DNA of 64,000 nt, taken from positions 92,504,001 through 92,568,000 of the forward strand of contig NC_091480.1 in the NCBI RefSeq assembly GCF_036971445.1. Reading direction: 5' to 3'. Source of the DNA: Narcine bancroftii (Eukaryota). A model generated the notes under the pieces. It did not search any database and was not told where the DNA came from. It saw only the letters and a list, made by a program, of their open reading frames with translations. This document shows, one piece after another, positions 11,461 to 23,150 of the stretch (position 1 is its first letter; each line of letters opens with the position of its first letter). Both the position numbers and the translations under genes were made by a program.

Positions 11461-12869
11461 GTTGTAGTTATCACTGTTCATTATTTCCAAGAATGGCAAC
11501 TCAGAACCACATTGAATTAATCAAATATTATTTTCTTTTAAAACAAATAAGTCAACAAGGTTGTTGTATCGCATATATCATTTGACATACAGGTAAAAAG
11601 TAATGGGGTATATAAGATGCTAGAAGAATAGTGCATGGTTCAAATTGCTAGGGTAAATTACCTAAAAGCATCGTGTTCGGAACACACAGAGGAAGCAATA
11701 TTGATGGCTTTGTCTGAAGCTAAAAAAAATCCCGAGGAGTGAAGCCAGTCTCCCAATGTAGTGTCTACAAGGCACCAGAGCAATTGTTGCAGGGTCAAAA
11801 TCAGTGGGTCAAGATGGACTGAAGAGAATTTTGTTAATTTGCCATAATTGACGGCACATCAACTTTTAAACTTAGTGCTGATGGTTTTATATATCACACA
11901 GTAACATTGGGTCTTGCACTCAGTAATTGTGTAAGTGTAGTTGAAAATTAAGCTCAATTACTCCTTAGTGCATTATATGATTTATTTTTTATGACATAAA
12001 AGATAAATGAAGCAGATCAAGAGAGATGAGAATGAGATAATGCAACACCATCACCTTGAATTAAATGGGCATGTTCCCGTTTGGTAATGATTGGAACACT
12101 TGTTGCCATGGCTTTTATTAGTCCCTGCTCCTAATGGGCAAATCTAATAAGAAATAAATGTTGCACTAAAGCATTTGCAGTATGCCTGTGTAATTAAGGT
12201 CTGACACTCAAGTCATATTTTGCATTGAAATTTATCACTCAGACCCCATGCATCTTAAAAGTGATGACAGAACATAACTGAGCAACCTGTCAAATCATTC
12301 ATTTTATATTAGATTACAAATGCTTCATCATCATTTGGTGTTTCCATTATATTGATTTTTTTTGTCTTTTCCTTCTGATAGAAAAGTTGCCTTGCTTTTA
12401 AGATAGATATTTTCAACCACCAAAGCTCAGATATTAATCTATAAATCACGAAGAATATTTAATTCACCCTTCAATTTTCCCTTCCAACAGAGTTTTTTTA
12501 TTCTCTTTTGAAATGGGTCCAAATTTCTCTCTTTCTGGAATGCTACAACGTTATCTAAAATACACCGGACACCTACTGGAGTAGTGTGAGTGAAATAAGT
12601 TGGATAAATTACATTTGGGAACTGCTGACGAGTGAAAGCTGAGACCATTAGTGAAACATTTGCAATACAACCCTCCCCGCTCCTTTTGGGATAGAAAGAT
12701 TCCTTTAGTGTTAAAAGTGAGCTTTGAATTGCAGAAGAATCAGAGAGAGGACATGTGATGATAGTCAGTTTAATTTCACTTCCTATTTAGGAAGTGCCAC
12801 ATAATTAAACAGGGGAATTTCCATGGGAATGATCCAAACAAAAACTATTTATTGTCATGTAATTGTCAT

Positions 12870-13098
12870 GTGGGTGATATGGTTAGCTCAACGCAGTTAC
12901 AGCGCAAAGCCAAGTGACCGGATGCGGTGTGTGAGTTTGTACACTCTCCCTGTGTCTGCATGGGTTTCCTCTGGGTGCTCCGGTTTCCTCCCACCCTTCA
13001 AAATGTACAGGAGTTGTAGGGCAATTGGATGGCACAGGCTCGTGGGCTGGAAGGGCCTGCTGAAGTGCTACATATCTAAATTTTAAAAATTAAATTTA
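12870..13098 (+). mobile_element. V-SINE
   Basis: tRNA-like head, V-domain gagtttgtacactctccctgtgtctgcatgggtttcctctgggtgctccggtttcctcccac, AT-rich tail. Confidence 0.85.
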
Positions 13099-13634
13099 AA
13101 AACAGATGTAATATTACAAAAAATTGCCTTTAGTCTGGCATAAGGCAGACAAAAATTCTCCATTAGCATTACTTGGTACACCTTACAGTCAGAGAAAGAG
13201 AAGCAAAAGAGAATCTCCCCCAGAGTCACCGAGAATCCATGAATTCTACTCTATCGCTCCAGCAGTCTCGTCAGCTGCACAAGACTCAGTTCAAACTATT
13301 GGCAACTAGCCTAGATCCAAACCTTGAGCACGATGAGGAAGTTTTCAGCACCCAGGGGCATTTGGGTCCCCTATCTTGCCCTCAACTCCCTCTCAAATCC
13401 TGGATTTGATACCTAGTTCTCATGAGCCGGTCTCCAACTGCCCGCAGCCTGATGTGAGTCCTTTGGCCTCAAGTCGCCAGCAGCTCACAGCCTGTGTGTG
13501 TCTTTCAGCCATGGAGACCCTCGTTGATTCACCACCACGTAGGACTGTCTCCTCTGCTTCTCCTTCCCAGCGTGGGGTGCTCATCTTGTTGCTGGTGCCC
13601 TGAGCTAGTCCGGTGCTCCAGCAGGGTCTGCAAC

Positions 13635-13738
13635 TGCTTGAGGCCACTGCCAAACAAGGGTGCTTGAGGCCACTGCCAAACAAGGGTGCTTGAGGCCACT
13701 GCCAAACAAGGGTGCTTGAGGCCACTGCCAAACAAGGG
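13635..13738. repeat. Tandem repeat, 4 x 26 bp, perfect
   Basis: Unit tgcttgaggccactgccaaacaaggg starting at 13635, 13661, 13687, 13713. Confidence 0.97.
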
Positions 13739-14229
13739 TGTTTCAACATCTTGGGCCCAGACCCCATGGTCACAGGATTTTAAATAAGATGCCATCAACT
13801 CCTTTAACAGGGTGTTTAAAGCCAGCATTGACCCTTTGGCAGTGGGACCAAGCAGTAGGACACCAAGGAGCAAAACACCGTGTCTCTGCTCCACGCTCTC
13901 CCCAGATCTACACCAGCAGCAGTGCTGCCATTACAAATTAATGATGAATAAATGATAAATTAATGACACTGAAAGTAGGCAGGTGGAGGTGTGAGTGTGG
14001 AAATCCACATACAGCAAGTCCTTGAATAATAGCGTTTTGTTCAACTTTGTTTCGTTATAAGGTTGATGAGGAAAAAATAAATAAAAATTAAAGTACCGCA
14101 TTATTTTACTGCTTTATAAAGTTGTTTCACGAGTTCTACTTTCAAAAAAACGTATCAACAACATTAAATGAGGACCTGCTGTGCACACTTAAGTAATATC
14201 AGCAAATTCAGTCCATTTTGCAATCATTT

Positions 14230-14480
14230 CTCTTCTATATCAGGACCATGATTTAGGGAGGAATTTCTTGAGCCAGAGGGTAGTAAATCTGTGGAATTTA
14301 TTGCCACAGGTGGTTGTGGAGGCCAGGTTACTGAGTGTATTTAAGGCAGAGATTGATAGGTCCTTGGTTATGGGCAGGCAGTGAGGCTGAGTGGGGAAAT
14401 GGATCAGCTCATGATTAAATGGCAGGGCAGACTCGATGGGCTGAACAGCCTATTACTGTTCCTACGTCATGTGGTCTTAT
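14230..14480 (+). mobile_element. CR1 LINE 3' end
   Basis: RNFLSQRVVNLWNLLPQ and FKAEIDR motifs plus CR1 3' UTR. Confidence 0.8.
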
Positions 14481-16084
14481 TTGAAAAGGCTTGCCAAAGT
14501 TTGCTGGCATTACTCAGGTGAGGGTGTGGATTTCTAAATTCACACACCCATACCGATATCCAGGAGTAGCTATGGTGTGGTCATTTTGACCTGCCTCTTA
14601 TCTATTGCATGCCCGAAGATGAAGTTGACCATGAAGAAAGAGATGGCCTGTGGTAGCATATTTCAAGGCCCAGCTGACAAATTTTAGGAGATTTGAGATG
14701 AGTTGGCCGAGTGCTTATTTCAGTAGGGAACAACTCATATACAAATGAAGTCCAAGGCTTTTATTAATTTTAGAAATAGTGCGACAATAATCCTTTAAAC
14801 CAAAATTACTTAATGTGGTGCTTGGACAGACCAGAGGATGGATTTGCTTATTTTGTAAATTTGAATCAGTCCAATATTTTCTGTTTGTGTTCACGTCCCA
14901 TAAACCTGTGCCACACATGGGAGACTGCAGACGCTGGAATCTGGGGCAAAAACGTCTGCTTGAGTATTACGTGCTCCCAGTTCATTTTCAATTGAGTGGG
15001 ACTGCCACTTTAAGAGAACAAATCAAGTTTGGGAGTTTGACTGTGAGTTGGTGGGCTGAAGATAGCGTGTTCCTAAATTGGATATATCTGAAGGGAGAGA
15101 AATCATATGACCAACATATTCAAGAGACAGGGGCCAATTTTAAAACTCCAGCTATTGCCTCGATAATTAATATACTATAAAACTGGTGACCTTACTATTG
15201 TGAATCAATCAATTACTCATTTAATAAACAGATTAATGATCGACTGGGGGGGGGGGGCGGGAGAAATTGAATCAATGCCAATTACTTAAACATTTTTGTA
15301 TGATTTGTCCTAGAACTGGGACATTTTGGATTCAGTTACTTTAATTAAATCACTCAGTACTTGTGGTGCGCTAATCAAGCCCTTGCCCCTTACATAATCA
15401 TGAAGGTTGCTGGAAATTATATTTTTAGTCATTAAAAAAGCTGTGGGTAATAACAAAACAATCTATCAAATGTTCAAAGGTACTTAGCCTTTTTATTTTC
15501 AGAAAATGTATTGACCAATCAGACATTCAATGACCTTTGACTTGGAAAGATTTGGGCTCAGAACTCGATTCCAAAACTCGTCATCAATTTAAACATTCTT
15601 CAGACATGCTTAACCTGCAGTTCTGGGATTTTAACATTGCCTCACTTTGCTTGTGGTTCTATATAAAATGCAGATATTTGATATTTTAGTTTAAGGATCC
15701 AGAAATAATTCCAGCATCATAATTTCTCTCAATAAGATTAAAATGTAAACTAAATTATATTTCACGGACAGAATAAACAAAACTAATAGTTTAGATTTTT
15801 CCGCTAACTTTAGCCTATTATGTAAAGTTCAGCCAAATGTAATCATTTGCACCGTACTCAGTGTAGATTGGGGGAATGTTTTAAAACAGTACAACCTCAT
15901 CCTAATGTCCTTAAAGAGCTGTTAATGGTCCAAAAGGAAAGGAAGTGAAAAATTCCACAAAGTAATCAAGCCAAGGCACTCAGACAAACAAGTGTCAAGT
16001 TTTAAGAAGTATATTAGCAGGAATATCAAACATCTTCTAATGGCAATAAAAGACAAAAATATGGGAAGAATTTATTAATTTTTT

Positions 16085-16290
16085 TAATTGTCAATTTGAG
16101 ACAGTTTCTTAATTTGCAACACGGTAACAAGCCGATTCTGGCCATTGAAACCCGTGCTGCCCCAATTAACCTATCACCCCATATATTGTGGAGGAGACCG
16201 GAGCAAACCCAGGCAGGTCACGGGGTGAAAGTACGAACACCTTAGAGGCCGTGCCGGATTCGAACCCACTATGACAATCGCGCCATGAGA
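16085..16290 (-). mobile_element. V-SINE
   Basis: Reverse complement has B-box gggttcgaatcc and a degenerate V-domain. Confidence 0.65.
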
Positions 16291-16729
16291 TGATTTGCAT
16301 CCAGCACCTGTTTTTGGAAAATGGCAAACATCTGGATCATCATTTTAAAAAGTCTGAGGGTACATTAAAACATTTTCTGCTCTGCCTGCACTCGAAGACA
16401 AATGTTTGATAATGTGGGTCATTCCTGTATAATTCACATCACCATTGCAGGTGTTGCTGTATTTTTTCCCCCCCACCAGAAATGAGTGGAAAGAATGGAA
16501 TTCTGTAAGTGAAAGTTTTGATGACTTTGAAGGATAAATGTGGTCTCAGTCATGTTGAGTAAGTCACTTTTTTTTCTTTGAAGTCTTGCAATGGGTTTTC
16601 TTATTCATTTGAGATATCAGGCAGATCCTCTGGTAATGTTTCATCTAAAAGCAGTCCTTCGCGCTTCCTGGTTAGATTGGTGTCATTAACCTTTCAAGAA
16701 AACTACTGGGGCAGGGACTGAAAATCCGA

Positions 16730-16890
16730 AATTAAATATTGAGGGGGAAAATAATCAACAAGTCAGTCAGTATCTCTTGAAATAGAAACAATTAATTTAT
16801 ATCTGGCGAAGAGTTTTCAATCCGAAACATTAACTTCACTCCTTTCACAGATGCTGCCTGACCTGAGGAGTTTTTATTTCATTTCCTGTT
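16730..16890. mobile_element. Penelope-derived palindromic short repeat
   Basis: ctggcgaagag...ccgaaacattaac...gatgctgcctgacctg right arm preceded by an inverted arm. Confidence 0.5.
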
Positions 16891-16914
16891 TTTTTAAAAC
16901 CACTTATTAAACCC

Positions 16915-17490
16915 TGGATCACACACTACCCAACCACGGCCTGCGAGATCTGTCCTGGGACCTCCACGTCAGTGCAATCCTGAAGAAGGCTGGCCAGCAC
17001 CTTCACATCGTGGGGAGTTTGAGGAGACTTGGTCTGTCACCAAAGATCTTGCAAATTTCTACAGGTGTACCATGAGTGCATTCTGGCCAGTTGCACCACT
17101 GTCTGGTATGGAGTTGCCAATGTCCAGGAAAAGACATTGAGTTGAGTTGTGAACTCGGCCAGCGCCATCACGGACGACGTCAGCAAGAGACGGTATCTCA
17201 AAAAAGCAGCCTCTATCCTCAAGTAGCTTCGTGATTTATCCCCACCACCCAGACCATGCCCGCTTCACTCTGCTACCGTCGGGAAGGAGGTACAGGAACC
17301 TGAAGACAAACATCCAGTGGCACAAGGACAGCTTCTTACCCTCAGCCATCAGATTCCTGAATGGACAATGAACCACAGACCCTACCACTTATTTTTGCAT
17401 TAATTCATTTATTAATGTAATTTTATAGCAATCTTTGCACTGTAAAACTACAGCAAAAGAACAGATTTCATGACACATTCATGATTCTGA
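16915..17490 (+). mobile_element. Rex1/Babar-like LINE 3' fragment
   Basis: NFYRCT.ECILASCTTVWYG and LLPSGRRYR motifs, 3' UTR. Confidence 0.8.
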
Positions 17491-17734
17491 ATGCATTTTT
17501 TCCCCATAATCATCCACACCTCATCTGCACACTTGGTCTGAGATTGTTTAGAAGCCTGTGAAGCTACAGTTTTAGGTGATAGATGAAATATGAGACCTGT
17601 TTTTACGTGGCTTACTCTGTAAAGTACAATGTAAAGGCAATGGAGAAGCTCATAAGTTACCTCTGGTTTCTGACAAAAGGCAAACTCTCCCCTTTGGATT
17701 TGTTTTAACCAGGCAAAGAAATAAAAAATAAAAA

Positions 17735-18500
17735 TGAACCATAGAACACTACAGCACAGAAAACATTCGGTTAGTCGGCACCAAAACATCATTCCACTAG
17801 TCCCACTGACTGGCACCCATTCCATAACCCTCCAGACCTCTCCCATCCCCATGTATTTATCCAATTTATTCTTAAAACTTCAGAGTGCTCCAACATTTAC
17901 CATGTCAGACGGAGCTCATTCCATACCCCCACCACACTCTGAGTGAAGAATTCCCCCTAATGTTCCCCCAATCCTTTCCCCTTTCACCCTAAAGCCATGT
18001 CCTATTGTATTTATCTCTCCTGATCTAAGTGGAAAGAGCCGACTCACATTTACTCTGTTAATGCCCCTCATAATCTTGTAAACCTCTCATTCTTCTACCC
18101 TCCAAGGAATAAAGTCCTAACCTCTTAAATCTTTACCTGTAACTCAACTCCTGAAGTTCTGGCAATATCCTAGTAAATCTTCTCTGCACTCTTTCAATCT
18201 TACTGATATCCTTCCTGTAATTTGATGACCGGAACTGCACACGATACTCCAAATTTTGCCTCACTAATGTCTTGTACAACCTCACCATAACATCCCAACT
18301 CCTATACTCAATACTTTGATTTATGAAGGCTAAGATGCCAAAATTTCTTTACCACACCTGCCAACCTGTGACGCCACTTTCAGGGAATTATGTATCTGAA
18401 TTCCCAGGTTACTTTGTTCCTCCGCACTCCTCAGTGCCCTACTATTTACTGTGTATGTCTGACACTGGTTTGTCCCTCCAAAATGCAACACCTCACACTT
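17735..18500 (-). mobile_element. CR1 LINE 3' fragment
   Basis: gaaccatagaac tail; minus strand encodes LYKTLVR..LEY.VQF.SS.YRKD. Confidence 0.85.
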
Positions 18501-19592
18501 CTCTGCGTGAAGTAAATCGGAAAATATGATTTCAGCAAGAGGGAAACAGTCTAAAGTCCAAATTACCCATTACTGCTTCTATTTTTGAGTTATCTAGGAC
18601 TTTTGCTTGCAGATTCAGAGGAGAACATACATGCTGTAATGTATTAACAGATGACCTTGGATACTGTTGGAGTGCTGGTGAGCTGTTACCACAATGATAG
18701 TTATTGGATACTGGAGCCAGAAAGAAGTGTCCTCTTGCAGCCAGGAACTCCCTTTCATAAGGTCAAAAAGCCCAAGTGTAAAGGTGGAGATTCTCCGTCC
18801 TTGCATTGGGAGACTTACCTCCATGAACATGCCCTGGCCAGTTCTAAGGCACCAAGTGCAATCGCTCCCGGGGGAAGGGTCAGCAGTGGAGCTTGAACTT
18901 AATGCCACTGCCAGCATCCGGCTAAGGGAAGGATGATTATGTCACGGTGACATCATCAGCCCGTGACCCATCTCACTCACCCATCTCCCTCAGGGCAGAG
19001 GCAGCTGGCGGAGGCTGTCAGGGCAGGGGTGCCCAGAGGGGTCCATCAGGGTAGTAAGTGCCGGGCCTTCAGGGGGCGGGCTGTTACAGCCCTGCAAGCC
19101 ACTCTGGCCATTTCACCAGGCCCCTTCAGCCTTCAGGGCCACTTGTTGGCACCAGCAGCTTAAGACGCAGTAGAGCAATGGCTGCCCTGAACAGGCAGTT
19201 CATTTACATAAATATTTCATGTCCCACAACAGAACGAAAGGAGAAATTTTATTCTGCTCCTTTTGCACGGAAGATGGTTAGAACACAAAATGGAACAAAG
19301 GACAATCAAAGCAAAACCCATTTGATTTTTTGAAGGTCATTGGAAAGCTAAATTTGAGGATACAATTGTGCATCTCTCTCAGAGAGCCGATCAAGGTGTA
19401 ATTACAAAGCAATTTTCTTCAGAGATGGAGTCAGGACACTAAAAGCAAACAACATCTCAGCTGAAATAGCAAAATAAGTGTCATGAAGATGGTTATTGTG
19501 TGGTGGGTGTCTCAGTCCTTACTTTGCCTTTGGAAGGAAAAAATATATTAGAACCATGAGTAAAGAGTGCTACTAAAAATGTGACTCTAATA

Positions 19593-19966
19593 CAGTGGTT
19601 TTCAAACTGTCCCCCTAAACTCACCATCCATCTTAAGCAATCCCAAGGCCATAAGTGCTGTGATTAGTAAGGGATTGCTTAAGGCCATTTGTGAATGGAA
19701 AGAAAAAGGTTTGAAAACCACTGTTTTAATCATACCTAATTGACTCGTTATGTGCGCGGTTTCGTTACACCAAAGGAAATGGGCCAATAACAATTTTTCC
19801 CAAGCAAAATATTTCAGTAACAATTGGGTCTGGAGCAGTGGTTCTCAGCCTTCCCTTCCCACTCACATACCATCTTAAGCAATCCCTTATTAATCACAGA
19901 GCACTGATGGCACAAGGATTACTTAAGGTGGAATGTGAGTTTAGGGGGGCAGTTTGAAAATCACTG
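19593..19966. mobile_element. Composite hAT (Charlie-like) MITE
   Basis: TIRs cagtggttttcaaactg / cagtttgaaaatcactg; 8-bp TSD ctctaata (19585-19592) / ctctaatg (19967-19974). Confidence 0.92.
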
Positions 19967-20288
19967 CTCTAATGCAAAGACCAAACACAATAGAAAATCA
20001 ATATGGAGACTGAATAATGCTTTAATGCACTCAGTTACGATTGAATATTGATTGCATCAGTGCAAATTTACCATGCCACACAAGCAACACCAAACAATTG
20101 AAGATGTAAGGAAGCATTAAAGTGGTTTATAATGGTCGAGATAATCATTTTGTTGAATATCAATATGCGCTGAGGTGCTCAATGCCTATTTTATATTTTT
20201 GTATTCTACTATCTTTTCTCTGTCATATTAAACACATCAAATTTTTCCAGGGATTTTTTGCACCAAGTTAATATTTCTCATATCGATC

Positions 20289-20535
20289 GCCGGCGGGATG
20301 GATGTTGTAGTGGTCAGTGCAATGCTGTTACAGCGCCAGCAACTGGGACCTTGGTTTGAATCCCGCACTCTGTGCAAGGAGTTTGTACGTTCTCCCCATG
20401 TCTGTGTGCATTTTCCCCGGGAACTCCAGTTTCCTCCCATCGTTCAAAAGAAAAACCTACTTGGAGTTGGAGGTCAATTGGGTGTAATTGGCATCATGGG
20501 CTCTCGTGGGCTGAAAGGGCCTGTAAACCGCGCTC
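20289..20535 (+). mobile_element. V-SINE
   Basis: A/B-box-like head (ggtttgaatccc) and V-domain ggagtttgtacgttctcccc. Confidence 0.85.
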
Positions 20536-21357
20536 CTCATCCAAAACCAAAATATTCCAAGCAGGCAGGGAGGTGTTTATGCAATCAGCAAGAAAACTAG
20601 TTGCTTCTTGCTTATTTTTGAGAGAATATTATGAAATTTCATTGCAACTACAGAACATAAGGAGAGGAATGATACCACAGAAAATTTGAGCCCACTCCTC
20701 TATTCGATAATACCGGAGACTTCTCCTGTGCCTGAACAAAGAAACTTATCTCACACTCGAAGAGATGCAACTTCTAAATACCTGCAAGTCTCTGAGGTAG
20801 AGCTGGACAAAGATTGGTCGGCCAATAATTTTGCAAGATTTCCCACATCTCTGTCCTAAACAGATAACTCTTTATCCTGAAAAACAATGGACCATGACAA
20901 TAAACTCTGATAGTCCAGCCCTTCGTTGGAGAAGCAGGACTATTTCAAAATCTTTTACATCTCACTGACATCACCTCTCACTTTCCTCAACTCGAATGAT
21001 GACAGGACAACTTTTTTCCCCCAGTCTATTATCTTATTATTCAGCATAATTAATCAACAAAGCACTGCACTGTTTTCCCAAATAAAGTAACCAAACAAAT
21101 CCTGTGTGAACTCACCCAAACTTCCTGTTGCTTTTAGCACCAGATTTACTAGTCTTTAGCCAAGTTGTTTTGTGCAGGGGAATGACTTGGCTTGTGCCCA
21201 GTAAACACCTGTTCAACTTGTACTCAATCACCCACTAAATATTCATACTCATTGCCATTCTCACACACAATAGCAGCACTTTTACTCTTCCATTGAGATG
21301 TGAAACCTCACCATAAATAAATTCAATGCAGGACCATAAGAACGAGTGCATTGAAAA

Positions 21358-22177
21358 TAGTGGCACTGCCGGAGCCGCTGTAACAGCAGAGCTGCCACTG
21401 GTGCGGACCCGCGGAGAAAGAAGAACGAAGATCCTGTGCTCCCGCAGGGTCCAACCAACCAGTCACCTGCCATCAGCTCCACACAGATTTTGGACGGCCG
21501 GTTAAAGGAGCCAACAGTAGTTTTATTTGAAATCCCACGACCGCAGGGTCTGCGCCCAAAATGGCGGCGCCTTTGATCAGCAGGAGCCACGAGGGGTTGC
21601 AGTCTCCAGAGGAGCGAAGGACTGGTGCAGGGCACCATAAAACGGGGAGGCCATCCCCCATCTGGGAAGGAGAAGCAGAGGAGACAATCCACGGGCTGGT
21701 GACCACGGCGGAGGACGAGTGAAGAGACTCTGTGGCTGAAAGTCCCACGCATACGGCAGGGCTGCTGTCGACTCGAAGTGAGAACCCACAGAGGCTGGAG
21801 ACTGCTGTTGGGAGACTCGTGCCAGGCTGCAGACTGCCGGAGACTGGCTTGAAACTGGCTGAAGGGGTACTGGGTATCGGAACCAGGAGCAGAAGGCACT
21901 GAGAAGTTCGTGACCGTGTCAGAGGTTCAGATTTGGAGCTCAGGTTGCCAGTGGTTTGGACTGGACTCTGTGTTGCTGTGGAAGTGCTGGAGGTGAATCT
22001 ACGGGCACTCAGTGACTCTGGGAGGACTCACTTTTGCTTCTCTTTCTCTGACTGTAAGAAGCGCTTCAGGCAATTTCTCCCAATGGAAAATCTGTCTGCC
22101 TTACAGCAGGCAAAAACAATTTCATGTAACGCAACACTGTTTTATTACAATGACTATAAAATGAATCTTGAATCTTA
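21358..22177 (+). mobile_element. Unclassified non-autonomous retroposon, probably near full length
   Basis: CpG-rich 5' half with aaaatggcggc; ends in aatcttgaatctt; two more copies on the minus strand. Confidence 0.7.
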
Positions 22178-22224
22178 AGAATGGCAGAAAGGATCAATGG
22201 AATCATCTTCTCCCCACCCCCCCC

Positions 22225-22560
22225 ACCCCTTCCCCAAAACCATAACAAGATCTACCTGGATTGCTGTCTGAAGTTGAAGACCCCTTCCACCCCACACATA
22301 GCATCTTTCACCTGCCCCTGTCAAGAAAGAGATGCAGGAGGATCAGAGCTAGCACCACTAGGCTGAGGATCAGTTTCTTCCCACAGGCAATGAGAATGAG
22401 GAACAACCACAGGAACTTCTCACACTAACCATCCGAGGCTCTCATATTATGAAACAATATCGATTGATTGATCTATTTATTTATTTATTTACTTTTGAAT
22501 TCTTGTCCTGCATATGTATTGTCTGTGCGTGCATTAGGTGTCTGCATATATTACGTCCTG
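22225..22560 (+). mobile_element. Rex1/Babar-like LINE 3' fragment
   Basis: EDPFHP.HSIF.L.P-type motif and 3' UTR shared with 40305-40530. Confidence 0.55.
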
Positions 22561-22663
22561 AATATGAGAGTTTCAGGTGGTTAGTGTGAGCAGTTCTTTT
22601 GGTCATTCAAAGTTCTCACTGCCCATGGGAAGAAGCTGTTCGTCAGCCTGGTGGAAAGCTGTA

Positions 22664-23150
22664 AAACACAAAAGTCTGCAGAGACTGTGGTTGAAGTAAA
22701 CAGATAATGTTGGAGAAACTTAGCAAGTCAGACAGTGTACTTTATATAGCAAAGAAAAAGATACATAATTGTTTCCTCCATTGTATATAGTTATGGTTGA
22801 CTACTGTATATATGGAGCTGGCCCGCCCACAGATGACTCATACCCTATGACTCCTCCCCTGTGGTCCTGGGCCATAAAGGTCGAGCCACCTCTCCCTTCC
22901 CGTCATTCCTATACCTGAATCCGGGCCAGCAAGGTTCTTCTGTATATTAAAGCCTATCGTTCCCTCAGCCAAGTCTTGGTGGTTACTAGTAGAGCACTAC
23001 AATAATCAACATATTAGACTTGAGGCCTTCATCAAAGTATGAAAAAAGTTATGAAGGCCTAAAGCCCGAAACATTGGTTCTGCATCTTTACCTTTGCCAT
23101 ATAAAAGGACACTGTTTGACCAGCTGAGTTTCTCCGGCTTTGCATTTTTA
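22664..23150. mobile_element. Penelope-derived palindromic element (two inverted arms) interrupted by a solo LTR
   Basis: Left arm tggagaaacttagcaagtca...gccttcatcaa is the reverse complement of right arm atgaaggcc..gcccgaaac...ttgaccagctgagtttctcc. Confidence 0.75.
22770..23001 (+). mobile_element. Solo LTR (232 bp)
   Basis: TG...CA termini; 5-bp TSD ataat at 22765-22769 and 23002-23006; cataaa and attaaa signals. Confidence 0.88.

Larger units (their letters stand above)
12830..13932 (-). mobile_element. Unclassified ~0.8-kb retroposon family copy, interrupted by a V-SINE
   Basis: Reverse-complement similarity to 21358-22177 and 33765-34170 (e.g. ttacagtcagagaaagagaagcaaaa). Confidence 0.7.

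Noticed and set aside
21282-21899. 205-aa ORF as host gene
   Set aside because: Antisense to a GC-rich multi-copy repeat; frame not preserved in the other copies
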